IMG/VR virus record: IMGVR_UViG_3300022927_000008
Span: 32,001-96,000 of that record
Source of the DNA: a virus
Reading direction: 5' to 3' (one strand)
DNA: 64,000 nt
Positions 35,852-46,215 of this stretch are shown piece after piece. The translations under genes and the position numbers were made by a program. Numbering within the stretch: position 1 is the stretch's first letter; every line of letters starts with the position of its first letter. A model generated the notes under the pieces. That model ran no database searches and was not told where the DNA came from. It saw only the letters and a program-made list of their open reading frames with translations.

Positions 35852-37477
35852 TTAATACATTCCAGACATAGCTCCAACCTCATCTTGATTTTCTTGAGGT
35901 TTATTAACTACAGTACATTCTGTTAACAAAATAGTACCTGCAATTGAAGCTGCATTTTCGAGAGCACAACGCGTAACTTTGGTAGGATCAATAATACCTT
36001 TTTTAAGGAAATCATCAAACTTACCAGTTTTAATATTGTAACCTATATTAGCATTTTCAGCTGATGTAGTACTAAATTCGATGCGGGGAGCATCTTCTAT
36101 ACCAGCATTTATAAGGATTTGTCTAAAGGGTTTACGCAGAGCTGCATTCATAATAGCACATCCTAGTTTTTGGTCATCGTTAGTAGTTTTACACGTTACG
36201 TTTTCACTAGAACGAAGCAATGCTACTCCCCCACCAGGTACAATACCTTCTTCAATAGCCGCTTTAGTAGCTTGAAGAGCATCATCAACTCTATCTTTAC
36301 GTTCACGCATTTCAGTTTCAGTGTTCCCACCTACATGGACAACAGCTACTCCACCTGTAAGTTTAGCTAAACGCTCTTGGAGTTTTTCAGTTTCAAAAGG
36401 TGAAGTAGAATTTTCAATTTGAGATTGAAGTTGGGCACACAGCCCCTCAATAGCTTCTTCGGTACCTGCACCATCAACAAGAGTAGTTGATTCTTTAGTG
36501 ACAGTAACTGTACGGCACTCACCTAACCAATTTAGGTCAAACTTATCAAGTTTCATACCTTTGTCTTTATCAACAACAGTACCACCTGTAAGGGTAGCCA
36601 TATCATTCATAAGCAAAGTACGACGATCACCAAAATCAGGGGCTTTAACACAGCATACGTTCAAAATACCTCTCATTTTATTAACAACAAGTGTAGCAAG
36701 TGCTTCACCATCAATATCTTCAGCAACAATAAGAAGTGATTTAGCTTGCTGTGATAGATTTTCAAGGAGGGGGAGCAAATCTTTTACAGTAGTAATTCTA
36801 CCGTTATAAAAAAGAATAGCTGCATCCTTGAGTACACAACTCATATTGTCATTGTTAGTAACAAAATAAGGTGATTTATAGCCCCTATCAAATTGTAGGC
36901 CCTCTACTGTTTCAAGGTAGGTTTCACCTGTACGTGACTCTTCAATAGTTACTACACCATCACGTCCAACTTTTTCCATAGCAGTAGCAATCAACTCACC
37001 TACCTCTTCATCATTATTAGCTGAGATAGTAGCTACCTGGCGGAGTTGCTTTTCGCTAGAAATATCTTGAGATATCTCCCTAAGATAATCTACATGGGCT
37101 TTAACACATACATCAATACCACGTTTAATCTCTACAATGTTATGTCCCTTATCACTGTAGCGCATACCTGCATTTACAATTTCACGGGCCAGCAAAGTAG
37201 AAGTGGTAGTACCATCACCTGCTTGTTCAGCAGTTTTAATAGCAGCCTGCTTAACCATTTGAGCACCCGTATTTTCAACAGTATCCTCAAGTTCAATAGC
37301 TTTAGCTACAGTTACTCCATCCTTAGTACTTTGGGGAACACCTTGTTCATTTTGGATAACAACATTACGACCATTTGGCCCCAAAGTAGTTACGACTGCA
37401 TCTGCGAGTTGATTAACCCCACTAATTAATTTTTTACGGGAGTCGTCTCCGTAGTTTACGATAGTTGTTTTATTCAT
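35852..37477 (-). CDS. groEL: Chaperonin GroEL
   Basis: [29 protein letters not shown]. Confidence 0.97.
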   Translation of the reverse strand: MNKTTIVNYGDDSRKKLISGVNQLADAVVTTLGPNGRNVVIQNEQGVPQSTKDGVTVAKAIELEDTVENTGAQMVKQAAIKTAEQAGDGTTTSTLLAREIVNAGMRYSDKGHNIVEIKRGIDVCVKAHVDYLREISQDISSEKQLRQVATISANNDEEVGELIATAMEKVGRDGVVTIEESRTGETYLETVEGLQFDRGYKSPYFVTNNDNMSCVLKDAAILFYNGRITTVKDLLPLLENLSQQAKSLLIVAEDIDGEALATLVVNKMRGILNVCCVKAPDFGDRRTLLMNDMATLTGGTVVDKDKGMKLDKFDLNWLGECRTVTVTKESTTLVDGAGTEEAIEGLCAQLQSQIENSTSPFETEKLQERLAKLTGGVAVVHVGGNTETEMRERKDRVDDALQATKAAIEEGIVPGGGVALLRSSENVTCKTTNDDQKLGCAIMNAALRKPFRQILINAGIEDAPRIEFSTTSAENANIGYNIKTGKFDDFLKKGIIDPTKVTRCALENAASIAGTILLTECTVVNKPQENQDEVGAMSGMY

Positions 37478-37761
37478 TTTTCAATAATTCCTAAAATTTT
37501 ATTTTCTTCAATCATGTAGTATTCCTGCCCTTCATAGTCTACTTTAGTAGGACCCATTTGGGGAAGAAGTGCAATATCCCCTACTTTTATAGTAGTCTCA
37601 ATAAAGTGTCCCATACCTGAATAGTAACCAGGACCAACAGATACTACTTCACCTTTAAGGTTTTTTTCTTTGCCCATATCAGGAACAATAATGCTCCCAT
37701 GGACACTTTCTTCTTCTTCGATCGGTTTTATAATAACCGCGTTAAATAATGCTTTTACCAT
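37474..37761 (-). CDS. groES: Co-chaperonin GroES
   Basis: GSIIVPD, GEVVSVGPG, KVGD; adjacent to groEL. Confidence 0.93.
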   Translation of the reverse strand: MVKALFNAVIIKPIEEEESVHGSIIVPDMGKEKNLKGEVVSVGPGYYSGMGHFIETTIKVGDIALLPQMGPTKVDYEGQEYYMIEENKILGIIEK

Positions 37762-38015
37762 TACAAAAAGTGTTGTTTAAATTCGTTTTTAATATTTCTA
37801 AGTTCAATAATATAATCCTTAATACTAGTATAAGAACTTTGTTTCATTTTATTTTCAACAACCTTATTAAGTGCTGCTTCGAGGCTACTACAATGTCCTA
37901 TACAGGAATCATAAGGTGTACCACTATCTGGCATGATTGTTTTGTAAACAGAATAGTTGTAATCATCAACTTGGATGAAATACTCACCGAGGAGTGGGTC
38001 TTTAATAAAATTCAT
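37761..38015 (-). CDS. Hypothetical protein
   Basis: 84-aa ORF after a promoter. Confidence 0.6.
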   Translation of the reverse strand: MNFIKDPLLGEYFIQVDDYNYSVYKTIMPDSGTPYDSCIGHCSSLEAALNKVVENKMKQSSYTSIKDYIIELRNIKNEFKQHFL

Positions 38016-38039
38016 AACTTTGTTTTTTCTAATACGCGG

Positions 38040-38070
38040 GAATATACGAAAGGATCTTCAGGACACCAAC
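38040..38070 (-). promoter_or_regulatory. Class-I promoter (no box)
   Basis: GTTGG-N15-TTCGTATATTC. Confidence 0.7.
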
Positions 38071-38081
38071 CCTAAAGTAAA

Positions 38082-38522
38082 TTACTTAATAGTAATTGAT
38101 TTTGGTTTTGATTCAAGTGCAAACGGGATACTAATTACAAGCAAACCATTTACCATTTCAGCATTAGCTTTAGCTAGATTAAACCTACGGGAGATTTTCC
38201 AACCTAAATTGAAGTTACTTTTTTTAATACCTGAGTGGTAGTAGCGGGTTCCATTTTCTTCAGTTTGGGTTGATGGGGTGGGTTTTCCTTTGTCATAGGA
38301 AAGTCTAAGAACATCCCCTTCAATGTTAATGTTTACATCTTTTTTATCAATACCCGTACAAGCTACTTCGAGTGTAAGGCCATTTTGATCTTCAAATACA
38401 TCAATAGGATGTGTTACTGTGGGTCGACTAGGCTTATCAAATGTACCTTGTGAGTCGAAAAAATTTCTAACTAGTACATCAAGTGGACTAGTATAATTTT
38501 CATTAAATAATACGTGTGTCAT
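38082..38522 (-). CDS. Small heat shock protein Hsp20
   Basis: Alpha-crystallin motif A.M.NGLL.I.IP. Confidence 0.9.
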   Translation of the reverse strand: MTHVLFNENYTSPLDVLVRNFFDSQGTFDKPSRPTVTHPIDVFEDQNGLTLEVACTGIDKKDVNINIEGDVLRLSYDKGKPTPSTQTEENGTRYYHSGIKKSNFNLGWKISRRFNLAKANAEMVNGLLVISIPFALESKPKSITIK

Positions 38523-38628
38523 TTTGTTTTGTTTTGTGTCCCCTAAGGTGACGGTTAATAATTATAATAACTAGGTTGGTGCCCTAAAGTCACCAATAAA
38601 TATACATAATTTTTAAGAAATTACCAAA

Positions 38629-38964
38629 TTATTTGATAATTCCTGCGCGACGCTGCCATTGGCGCTTTGTCCATTCATTTAGATTTTTTTCTTCTTTAAA
38701 TCTATTATAATCCCTAATAAAATAAGCTTCTGCTTCTTGATCACTAGATTTAACAGGATTAGGTTCAGTTGAATCCCACCCTTTATAAAACCCATTATAC
38801 TCTGATCTTTCAGGGTATGTTTGTGGGGCTTCATTATATAAGAAAGCATCTATGTCTTTATCTTCATTAGGAAACTTTCTTTTAAGAAAACCTTCTATGG
38901 GACCTATTTTCCAAGTAGGGGTTCCAAATGCCATTTCCCCATACGTTGTTTCTTTTTTTTCCAT
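38629..38964 (-). CDS. Hypothetical late protein
   Basis: ATATTTAT upstream; ends LNEWTKRQWQRRAGIIK. Confidence 0.55.
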   Translation of the reverse strand: MEKKETTYGEMAFGTPTWKIGPIEGFLKRKFPNEDKDIDAFLYNEAPQTYPERSEYNGFYKGWDSTEPNPVKSSDQEAEAYFIRDYNRFKEEKNLNEWTKRQWQRRAGIIK

Positions 38965-38975
38965 GTCAATAAATA

Positions 38976-39728
38976 TTAATAATCTGCTTTTCGTACGACA
39001 AAGTACATAGAGTCTATATTCTCATCTTCGGATCTAAAGATAAGGCGAAGAAGGCCATCATCCACAAAACTCATTTGACATTCATCTGACGTTTTGTTAG
39101 CGTTAAATATTTCTCTAAGCATTTCACTACTAAAGGGAATCTTATTATCTTCTCTAACATTATCTTCAAATTTAGCTGCAACATGAAATTCTACTTTATT
39201 TGAGAAATCCATACGTTCACCAAATGTAAATTGAAGTACTGAGTTACCGATAATATCTTGTGTGGGGTTTACTGTAACAAGCTCGTTTCCTTGAATAGCT
39301 CCTGCTGCTCTAATAAACGTTTGGAAGTCTTCATTATCAAAATTAGCTCTAGCTTGCCATTGAACATCTTCATTTACCTCACCTACTTTAGGTATCATAA
39401 GTGGATCAGCAAGTGAGTAGTTAATAGTAGATTTGGCGTCTTGGATATTAAGTTTAGTAAGTATTGCTTTGGTTTTTTCAGCATCAAGTACCAAATCACC
39501 TGATAGTACATTCAATAGCCTATTAAGTTGAGTTGTGTTAAAGATAGCTAATGTGCCCTCAGTTGTGATAGGAAATTCCCAAGCAATTACCCTACCAATC
39601 ATATCCTTAGTAGGAGCCATAAAGTCGATAGTTAAAGTACCTCCTTCAATTTCCCATTTAACGGATTCTACTTTACCTCCAAGATAATACTTAGAGATAA
39701 CTGATTGTAATCTATTTTTTGATATCAT
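38976..39728 (-). CDS. Probable DNA sliding clamp (gp45/PCNA-like)
   Basis: 250 aa, YSLADP motif, directly after PolB, clamp loader nearby. Confidence 0.7.
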   Translation of the reverse strand: MISKNRLQSVISKYYLGGKVESVKWEIEGGTLTIDFMAPTKDMIGRVIAWEFPITTEGTLAIFNTTQLNRLLNVLSGDLVLDAEKTKAILTKLNIQDAKSTINYSLADPLMIPKVGEVNEDVQWQARANFDNEDFQTFIRAAGAIQGNELVTVNPTQDIIGNSVLQFTFGERMDFSNKVEFHVAAKFEDNVREDNKIPFSSEMLREIFNANKTSDECQMSFVDDGLLRLIFRSEDENIDSMYFVVRKADY

Positions 39729-40654
39729 TAGAAACTAAAAAATTTATTTATGTTTGGATTTAAATTTAATGTCCAGCCTAGGTCATTATAAAACCCTTCC
39801 AACTTAGATTGTAGTATAGTTTCAAATGATTTTTTCCTATCAGCATAGTCCTCAAGAAATATACGAAACTTATCTGGCATGTCAAAGGTTAAGAAGCCTA
39901 TTTGTTCAATTTTGTAGGGATTATCTTTTAAATAGACCCATTTGATTTTATCTCCCTGTACTATTCGGCTATGGTTTTTAATACCCCAAAAGTTAAGCAA
40001 ATCATTATACTTTACTGCTGCCTTAACATTAACAGGGGCACCTTTTTTAAGTTCAGTCATTACCTCACCTGCTCTAGGTTTACGAACTACATACTCATTT
40101 AGTGTTTTTACAGAGGTAGGATTGCCAAGTTTAGCTATATCTAAATCTTTAGACATAACATGATTCCTAAAATCTAAAATTAACTTATCAATATGTTTTT
40201 GATCTGCTCCTTTTAGAATTTGCTCTAAGATATCATTAAAGAAATCTCCAAATATAGGAGGAAAGTTAGCTTTTTTAAACTCAAGTCCTTTAACATCTAG
40301 TGATTCTTTAGCTATACCCTCTTGTTTAGTTATCCACTGAGCATATCTACGAGTTGCTCTAAAATAAGCAGAACGGATAACGCACTCTGTTTTCATTTCA
40401 AGTCGATGTGTACCGACATTGAAGCAGTCCCTAGCCAACTCATCATAATGAGAAGTAATGATGTCCTGATACTTAAGTGCGATTTGTTCAAGTAGGTTGT
40501 CTTTTTCTTCATCAGTTTTACTTTCAAAATCTGGGTAGAGATGTAGTAAGAGGGGTTCAGCGTTAAAGTAATTTGAGTCTGTGTCTACATAAGCACAGAA
40601 ATTTTTATCTCCTTCGTCACATATCCACCAAGGTGTTTCTTCTAAGTGTATCAT
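39728..40654 (-). CDS. DNA polymerase B, C-terminal half
   Basis: YVDTDS (motif C), RRYA, KGLE. Confidence 0.9.
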   Translation of the reverse strand: MIHLEETPWWICDEGDKNFCAYVDTDSNYFNAEPLLLHLYPDFESKTDEEKDNLLEQIALKYQDIITSHYDELARDCFNVGTHRLEMKTECVIRSAYFRATRRYAQWITKQEGIAKESLDVKGLEFKKANFPPIFGDFFNDILEQILKGADQKHIDKLILDFRNHVMSKDLDIAKLGNPTSVKTLNEYVVRKPRAGEVMTELKKGAPVNVKAAVKYNDLLNFWGIKNHSRIVQGDKIKWVYLKDNPYKIEQIGFLTFDMPDKFRIFLEDYADRKKSFETILQSKLEGFYNDLGWTLNLNPNINKFFSF

Positions 40655-42336
40655 AGTTTTACTTCTCCTCTAATTACTTTATTCATATGTCTATTAGCAC
40701 ACAAAGCACTTTCTTGAATAATACGCTGACCAGATAGAGTGATTGCCTCACTAAGGATTACGTTACCGTATCTAAAACTACCAAGAGCAGTTGCACCATA
40801 CAAGCTATTTAACAAAATTTTCATTGTGTGTTGACGTTGATGCCAAAACGCACCCTTTTCTTTATCACCAGCTTTATATGCTTTTTTCATATAACCTTTA
40901 TATTCCACTCGCTCATCAAACCATTTAGCAAGTATAGTTGACAAAACAGAAGGCTTATCAGTTCTAAACATTACACCATTAGCTGAGATGGCTAAGTTAT
41001 TATTTTCTATAGTTTCAATAATTTTTTTACAGGGAATATAAGTTTGTTTACGTTGTAGGTTTTCAACACACAATTCTTTATTAGGGTCCATTGCTTTAAG
41101 ATCATTTAACCCTAAACGATTATTTCGATCATCAAACAAATCCATTACTCTACCAACATATGTTTCTTTACCAATGTTAAGAGACATAATAATTGAAGGA
41201 TACAGTGAAGTTAGATCCTCATCAAACATGTACTTATACAAACCTGCAGCAGGACAAAATAGATAACCACCTGCATAACCCTTTTTATGAATTGGATTTT
41301 TATCTCTAGAAGGTGGGACAATATTTTGTCCTAACAAATAAGCTGAAATTGCTCCGTCTTGGGTTTTAGTGTTTGCATAAACCTCTCCATAATTGTGTTT
41401 TCCTTTATGTGATAGGTTTTTTACAAGGCCAATATATTCAAATTTTTCATCTAGTGCCTTAAGTATTTCTACATCTCGAAAGTTGTATTGAATAAACTTT
41501 TGGATATCATCTTCGAATAAACGATCTAGATTACCATCATATTCAACTTTACCTAAATTAACATATTTTTCTCCAATAGCATCTAGTCTCATTGAGGGTT
41601 CATCTCGGAAACTAAACTTTTTATGTAGTTTCATATAGTCTAGTGATTCAACTCCTGCAATATTGAGCCATCCGTTGCGGTTCCAAGCACTTTCGTCTTT
41701 TACAACATCTATAGGAGATAAGGCATTAGCAAAATCTTCACCTAGCACTCTACTAATCCTAAAATAAAGATAAGGAATATCAAAGTAATCACTATTCCAT
41801 CCTACAAGGATGTCTGGGTTTATTTCTCTAAATTTTTCTATAAACTTACTAAGTAGTTCTTCTTCACTAGCACAAGGGATAATTTCTTTGTGTCCCTTAG
41901 TATGTTTAATTTGATTCTTTTTATCTAAAATAAGAATTACCCATTCATCAGGTGTTTTATCATACCAAGCAATTGAAGTTACAGGTTTAGGAGCTTCTTT
42001 AATATACTCTTCTGTAAGTGCTCCACCCATTTCAATCTCAATATCAAAAAATACTTCACGGTGTCCCTTAGACACTTCATCATTAGTTCCATATTTTTCA
42101 ATAAGGAACTTTTGGTAAGCAGGCATGTCATGGAAGTGGAGGCCAGGGGTATCTTTGTCCCATTTATAGGTTTTCTTTAACCATTCCCCCTTCAAACCCT
42201 GGTATTGAGCTTCATTTTCAGAGCACTCAACATAAGCAGGATTGCTCCAAGGAATTATATTATAATTATCTTCTTCCCATAGATGTATCTTATACCGGTT
42301 TTTACCAGCATATTCAGCATAACATTTTTTGTACAT
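40651..42336 (-). CDS. DNA polymerase B, N-terminal half (exonuclease, motifs A and B)
   Basis: FDIE, GWNSDYFD, YNFRD, DLTSLYPSII, KILLNSLYG. Confidence 0.92.
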   Translation of the reverse strand: MYKKCYAEYAGKNRYKIHLWEEDNYNIIPWSNPAYVECSENEAQYQGLKGEWLKKTYKWDKDTPGLHFHDMPAYQKFLIEKYGTNDEVSKGHREVFFDIEIEMGGALTEEYIKEAPKPVTSIAWYDKTPDEWVILILDKKNQIKHTKGHKEIIPCASEEELLSKFIEKFREINPDILVGWNSDYFDIPYLYFRISRVLGEDFANALSPIDVVKDESAWNRNGWLNIAGVESLDYMKLHKKFSFRDEPSMRLDAIGEKYVNLGKVEYDGNLDRLFEDDIQKFIQYNFRDVEILKALDEKFEYIGLVKNLSHKGKHNYGEVYANTKTQDGAISAYLLGQNIVPPSRDKNPIHKKGYAGGYLFCPAAGLYKYMFDEDLTSLYPSIIMSLNIGKETYVGRVMDLFDDRNNRLGLNDLKAMDPNKELCVENLQRKQTYIPCKKIIETIENNNLAISANGVMFRTDKPSVLSTILAKWFDERVEYKGYMKKAYKAGDKEKGAFWHQRQHTMKILLNSLYGATALGSFRYGNVILSEAITLSGQRIIQESALCANRHMNKVIRGEVKL

Positions 42337-42356
42337 AACTTAATTATAATCTATTG

Positions 42357-43394
42357 TTAACTCTGAGGATTTAGGGGGAATCTTCGTTTTTTTTTTGGGA
42401 GGGGTTGGGGTTTTGATGGAGGTGGAGTTTGAATTGTTGGTGGATTTGTTTGTGGGGAAGAAAATAGGGGTTTTTCTTTTTTAGTTTCCCCATATACTTC
42501 TAAGGGTTTTTCTTCTTTTACAACTTCTTCTTTATGTCTTTCAAAAGCTTGTTTTAAAGCTTCATTAGGTTCATTTTCATCTTTATTTCTTAACTGTGCA
42601 AAAGCAAAGTTTGCAGCTACTACTAAAGATATGGCCAAAGGATCAAATACAAAAATTATTATTAAAAGAAGATAATTTATTATTTTATCCATACCTAAGC
42701 CAGTTAAACCTGATAAGTATTTAAGGGGGCCTAGTTCACTAGCAACATCACTTCCAGTTTGGATGTTTACTATTTCGGTTTCGTACTCAAATAATTGTTG
42801 ATTTAAATCGTCTACTCTAGTATTAATTTGAATTTGACGTTCAATTGCCTGGTCGAGTTGTTTTTCTAGAGCTTTACGAGTTGAACTAGAAGTAGTTGTT
42901 ATTATTTCACCCGTTTCAGGGTCTTTATACTGTATTATATTGTTAGATAAACCATCTCGCAATGAAGCCACAGCAGTATTAATAGAAGATTTTTCTTCAT
43001 TATATACCGCTAATTGTTCTTTAACATTGTCCCTTTTAGTTTCTACAAGAGCAACTTGAGCATCAATGTTACCTGCTAAAGCAGCAGTTTCTTGATATGC
43101 TGAAGATAAAAAACCATAGATGCCTGCTGAGGTAATTAAAATAAGGACAAAACAAGCTATGCCTAGGTAAGTTCTAAGTCCTTTATTAATTGTGTCCCAA
43201 TACTGATAGAGTAAGGAAGCAATTACTAGTTTAGCTACTTCTAAAGAACCTGCCATTATAAGCACTTCAGTTGAAGCACCAGCAAACAATTTACTTAATC
43301 CTGTAACTGAGTAAAATGCTGCTGATGCTGAAACTGATAGAGCGCTTAATGCTATAATGAAAGGAAATATTCTTTCTTGTAGCTTTTTAAGCAT
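42357..43394 (-). CDS. Membrane protein with coiled coil
   Basis: Three N-terminal TM segments, coiled coil, GPLKYL, IFVFDPLA TM. Confidence 0.65.
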   Translation of the reverse strand: MLKKLQERIFPFIIALSALSVSASAAFYSVTGLSKLFAGASTEVLIMAGSLEVAKLVIASLLYQYWDTINKGLRTYLGIACFVLILITSAGIYGFLSSAYQETAALAGNIDAQVALVETKRDNVKEQLAVYNEEKSSINTAVASLRDGLSNNIIQYKDPETGEIITTTSSSTRKALEKQLDQAIERQIQINTRVDDLNQQLFEYETEIVNIQTGSDVASELGPLKYLSGLTGLGMDKIINYLLLIIIFVFDPLAISLVVAANFAFAQLRNKDENEPNEALKQAFERHKEEVVKEEKPLEVYGETKKEKPLFSSPQTNPPTIQTPPPSKPQPLPKKKRRFPLNPQS

Positions 43395-43645
43395 TAGTTT
43401 TGATTATACATATCGAGGTAGGCTTGCTTTGAATGTACCCCCATTTTTCTAGTTACTTCATTACCCATACCATCAATTAAAACTACAGCAGGGATACTTC
43501 TTATCCCATAGTGGCTTGATATTTCAGGACTATTGTCTATGTTTATTTTTTGAACGTTTGCTTCTTGGGCAACTTCTTCCATTACAGGACCTAATACTTT
43601 ACAAGGAGTGCACCAAGGGGCACTAAAATAAATTAATTTTTTCAT
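43394..43645 (-). CDS. Thioredoxin
   Basis: WCTPC, I.SIP. Confidence 0.92.
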   Translation of the reverse strand: MKKLIYFSAPWCTPCKVLGPVMEEVAQEANVQKINIDNSPEISSHYGIRSIPAVVLIDGMGNEVTRKMGVHSKQAYLDMYNQN

Positions 43646-43893
43646 ACTAATTCTTCAATTATACCTACTACTTCACTTATTATAAGTAAAATAACAGCTG
43701 TTAACATATTAAAAGGAATAAAACCATACCCCAATATACGTATCCCTGATTTTATAAATGAGAGAACACGATGCCATTTTTGGTCTGGCATTTTGTCTAT
43801 GTTTTTGGCTTTAGGGGTAGTTGTGAGAATTTTTTTATATCTAGTATGGGAGTAAGTATTTCCCTTTAGGGCTTCATTTAATCCATCACTCAT
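43642..43893 (-). CDS. Small membrane protein
   Basis: Hydrophobic C-terminus. Confidence 0.6.
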   Translation of the reverse strand: MSDGLNEALKGNTYSHTRYKKILTTTPKAKNIDKMPDQKWHRVLSFIKSGIRILGYGFIPFNMLTAVILLIISEVVGIIEELV

Positions 43894-44396
43894 TTTAATT
43901 CATCTTTAGTAAAAAATTGTTTAAGATCGGGTCTAAAGTAATTTATATTTTTCATTACTTTACGATCACGCGAGCGGTAAACAATATACTTATCGCCAAC
44001 CTTTTCATAATGGCAGGGTTCACCTTGCTCTTCGGATCTCTTTTCAACTGTTGCTCGTGCCTCATCTTCACTCGAGCAAGCTTTTGATAGGTTAGAGGCT
44101 TGAACTTCTTGATAGGCGGGCCAAATTTTATCCTTAAGGCCATGTAACATAACTCCATTCCCCAATGAGACGTAAGCAATGTCGCACAAAGCGTCCAAAA
44201 CTTCAACGATGTCACCTCGTTGACATGCCTCTCTATATTCCTCAAGTTCCTCCAGTACGAAGTTGTAAACGAACTCCCACTCTTTTGTTTCGGGTATAGT
44301 AGGTTCATAATTGTTTGGTTTATTCATTAATTGATTAAACTCTTCCACTTCATCAACAAAAGGGACTTTGGTAAATAACTCTAATTGTTCACTCAT
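43890..44396 (-). CDS. MazG/PRA-PH-like NTP pyrophosphohydrolase
   Basis: EELEE...EVLDALCD, EV..SNLSK. Confidence 0.85.
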   Translation of the reverse strand: MSEQLELFTKVPFVDEVEEFNQLMNKPNNYEPTIPETKEWEFVYNFVLEELEEYREACQRGDIVEVLDALCDIAYVSLGNGVMLHGLKDKIWPAYQEVQASNLSKACSSEDEARATVEKRSEEQGEPCHYEKVGDKYIVYRSRDRKVMKNINYFRPDLKQFFTKDELK

Positions 44397-44401
44397 AACT
44401 A

Positions 44402-45097
44402 TTATATTTGATGCCCTCCGTTATTGATTTTTAAACTATCAAAAAACTCTTTACGGGCTTGATTACTATCATCTCTAAATACTCCACTTGCTTTAGTGGT
44501 AACCATCGCTGCACCTGAGTGCTTAATTCCTCTGCAACTTACACAGTTGTGGGTTGCAACTACAGTAACAATAACCCCTAAATTACCTTCACATACTTTT
44601 TCTACACCTTGGTGAATAGCAGATGTAAGCTGTTCTTGGATTGCTCCTCTACGACCAAAGTGTTCTACAATCCGGTTTAATTTAGACAAACCAATTACTC
44701 TTCCTTCTGCACCTGCAACGTAACCAATATGAACAACTCCATGAATAGTTTGGTGATGATGGGAACACATACTAGTAAGGGGAATATTACGTTCAATGAC
44801 GATACCGTCATAACCATCACTAGGAAAAGACGTAATATCAGTGAATCCATCATACCTACCCGCCCATAAATCATTTACATATGCCTTTGCTACTCGTTTT
44901 GGGGTTTCCATTGAATTGGGATCATTTCTCCAATCACATTTTAAAGCATCTAGAAACCTACTATAGGCATCTGCTGCTTCATTAATCATAACTTCTTTTT
45001 CATGGGGGGTAAGTGGACGATCCATTGCAGCCCCATTTGCATAACCTGTAGGTACACACTCAATATCGTTGTGTAACTTTCTTCGTTTGTTTTCCAT
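44402..45097 (-). CDS. folE: GTP cyclohydrolase I
   Basis: TPKRVAK, SMCSHH, GLSKLNR, HNCVSCRG. Confidence 0.95.
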   Translation of the reverse strand: MENKRRKLHNDIECVPTGYANGAAMDRPLTPHEKEVMINEAADAYSRFLDALKCDWRNDPNSMETPKRVAKAYVNDLWAGRYDGFTDITSFPSDGYDGIVIERNIPLTSMCSHHHQTIHGVVHIGYVAGAEGRVIGLSKLNRIVEHFGRRGAIQEQLTSAIHQGVEKVCEGNLGVIVTVVATHNCVSCRGIKHSGAAMVTTKASGVFRDDSNQARKEFFDSLKINNGGHQI

Positions 45098-45609
45098 TAT
45101 ATAGTATAAATTGTACTTAAATTTCTATTGTGGCCCTTATCATCATCCATACCATAACCTATATACCAAGGATCAAATACAGAATCAGTAGGTTGGTATA
45201 AGATATGATAAACTTTATCAAAATCCCCGCTTTCCTTATAAATTGCTACAACAGGAGTAACTGTTTTTGGTTCTTTAACTGAGAGGAATTTAGAGACTGC
45301 TTTCATAGTATTACCTGAATCTAAAATATCGTCTACAAGATAAACATGTTTGCCTTTAATTTTAGTTTCTAAGTCTTTACTAACTACTAAATCACCTTGT
45401 TTTCTACCAAAGTAAGATTTGCAACGAATAAAATCTATTTCAATAGGGATTGTAATTTGTTTTACCAAATCACTAAAGAACATAAATCCACCATTTAGTA
45501 TACAAACTAATACTACAGGGGTAGGATCATCTTTATGTTCGTCATTAATTTTTTTAGCTATTAACTTTAATTTAAAGTCTAAGTCTTTTTCACTTATTGC
45601 TTGTTCCAT
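45097..45609 (-). CDS. hpt: Hypoxanthine/guanine phosphoribosyltransferase-like
   Basis: ILNGG..F..DL, VDDILDSGNT PRPP loop, IGYGMD. Confidence 0.88.
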   Translation of the reverse strand: MEQAISEKDLDFKLKLIAKKINDEHKDDPTPVVLVCILNGGFMFFSDLVKQITIPIEIDFIRCKSYFGRKQGDLVVSKDLETKIKGKHVYLVDDILDSGNTMKAVSKFLSVKEPKTVTPVVAIYKESGDFDKVYHILYQPTDSVFDPWYIGYGMDDDKGHNRNLSTIYTI

Positions 45610-45630
45610 TTTACTAAAATATAAAATTTA

Positions 45631-45664
45631 GAGGGCTACTCCCCGTTAAGGGAGTAGCCTTCTT
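45631..45664. terminator. Strong hairpin, probable terminator
   Basis: GGCTACTCCC-CGTTAA-GGGAGTAGCC. Confidence 0.75.
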
Positions 45665-45689
45665 ATTTACAATTAACCTTGAGATTATT

Positions 45690-46172
45690 TTAGAATTTTA
45701 GGCCAAACCCAATTCTCAAGTTAGCGGTTCCATCTGTAGTGTTATAAACTACACGAGGGTCTAAGTACATATTATTAGTAGTAGTAGTAAACAATTTACC
45801 AACACCAATATTTAGTCCAAAGTCGGTTGTTAGGTTTTGAGTACCAATGTACCCAAAAAAACCTTTGTAAAAATAACGAGCATGGACATCTAAATTCAAA
45901 TCACCTGCTACAGTAGCACCTGTGCTATCAGTAGTGGTTCCTTGATTTAAAGAAAATCCTGCCATAACGTCATCAGTAAAAGCATACCCTACAGTGGGGG
46001 TAAGCATCCACTGAGTCCATGCAGTATTAGAGATGTCACCAGTACCTATGTACCAATCTCCTTTAGCGTTATCGTGGTTGTGGGTTTCACAACACGTAGT
46101 AGTATCACCTTGGGCGGCAGCAAATGAAGTTGCTCCCAAGATTAATGTAAGAGTTAAAAATAAATTTTTCAT
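45690..46172 (-). CDS. Outer-membrane beta-barrel protein
   Basis: Signal peptide MKNL..AAA, alternating beta strands, C-terminal Phe. Confidence 0.75.
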   Translation of the reverse strand: MKNLFLTLTLILGATSFAAAQGDTTTCCETHNHDNAKGDWYIGTGDISNTAWTQWMLTPTVGYAFTDDVMAGFSLNQGTTTDSTGATVAGDLNLDVHARYFYKGFFGYIGTQNLTTDFGLNIGVGKLFTTTTNNMYLDPRVVYNTTDGTANLRIGFGLKF

Positions 46173-46215
46173 ATTAAATTTGGTTTTATATATATATGTA
46201 ACGTGGTTAATTGTA

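Noticed and set aside
38535-38595. CIRCE operator before hsp20
   Set aside because: Does not match TTAGCACTC-N9-GAGTGCTAA
40600-40720. Split intein at the PolB junction
   Set aside because: No intein-length N-fragment and no His-Asn followed by Cys/Ser/Thr at a C-junction
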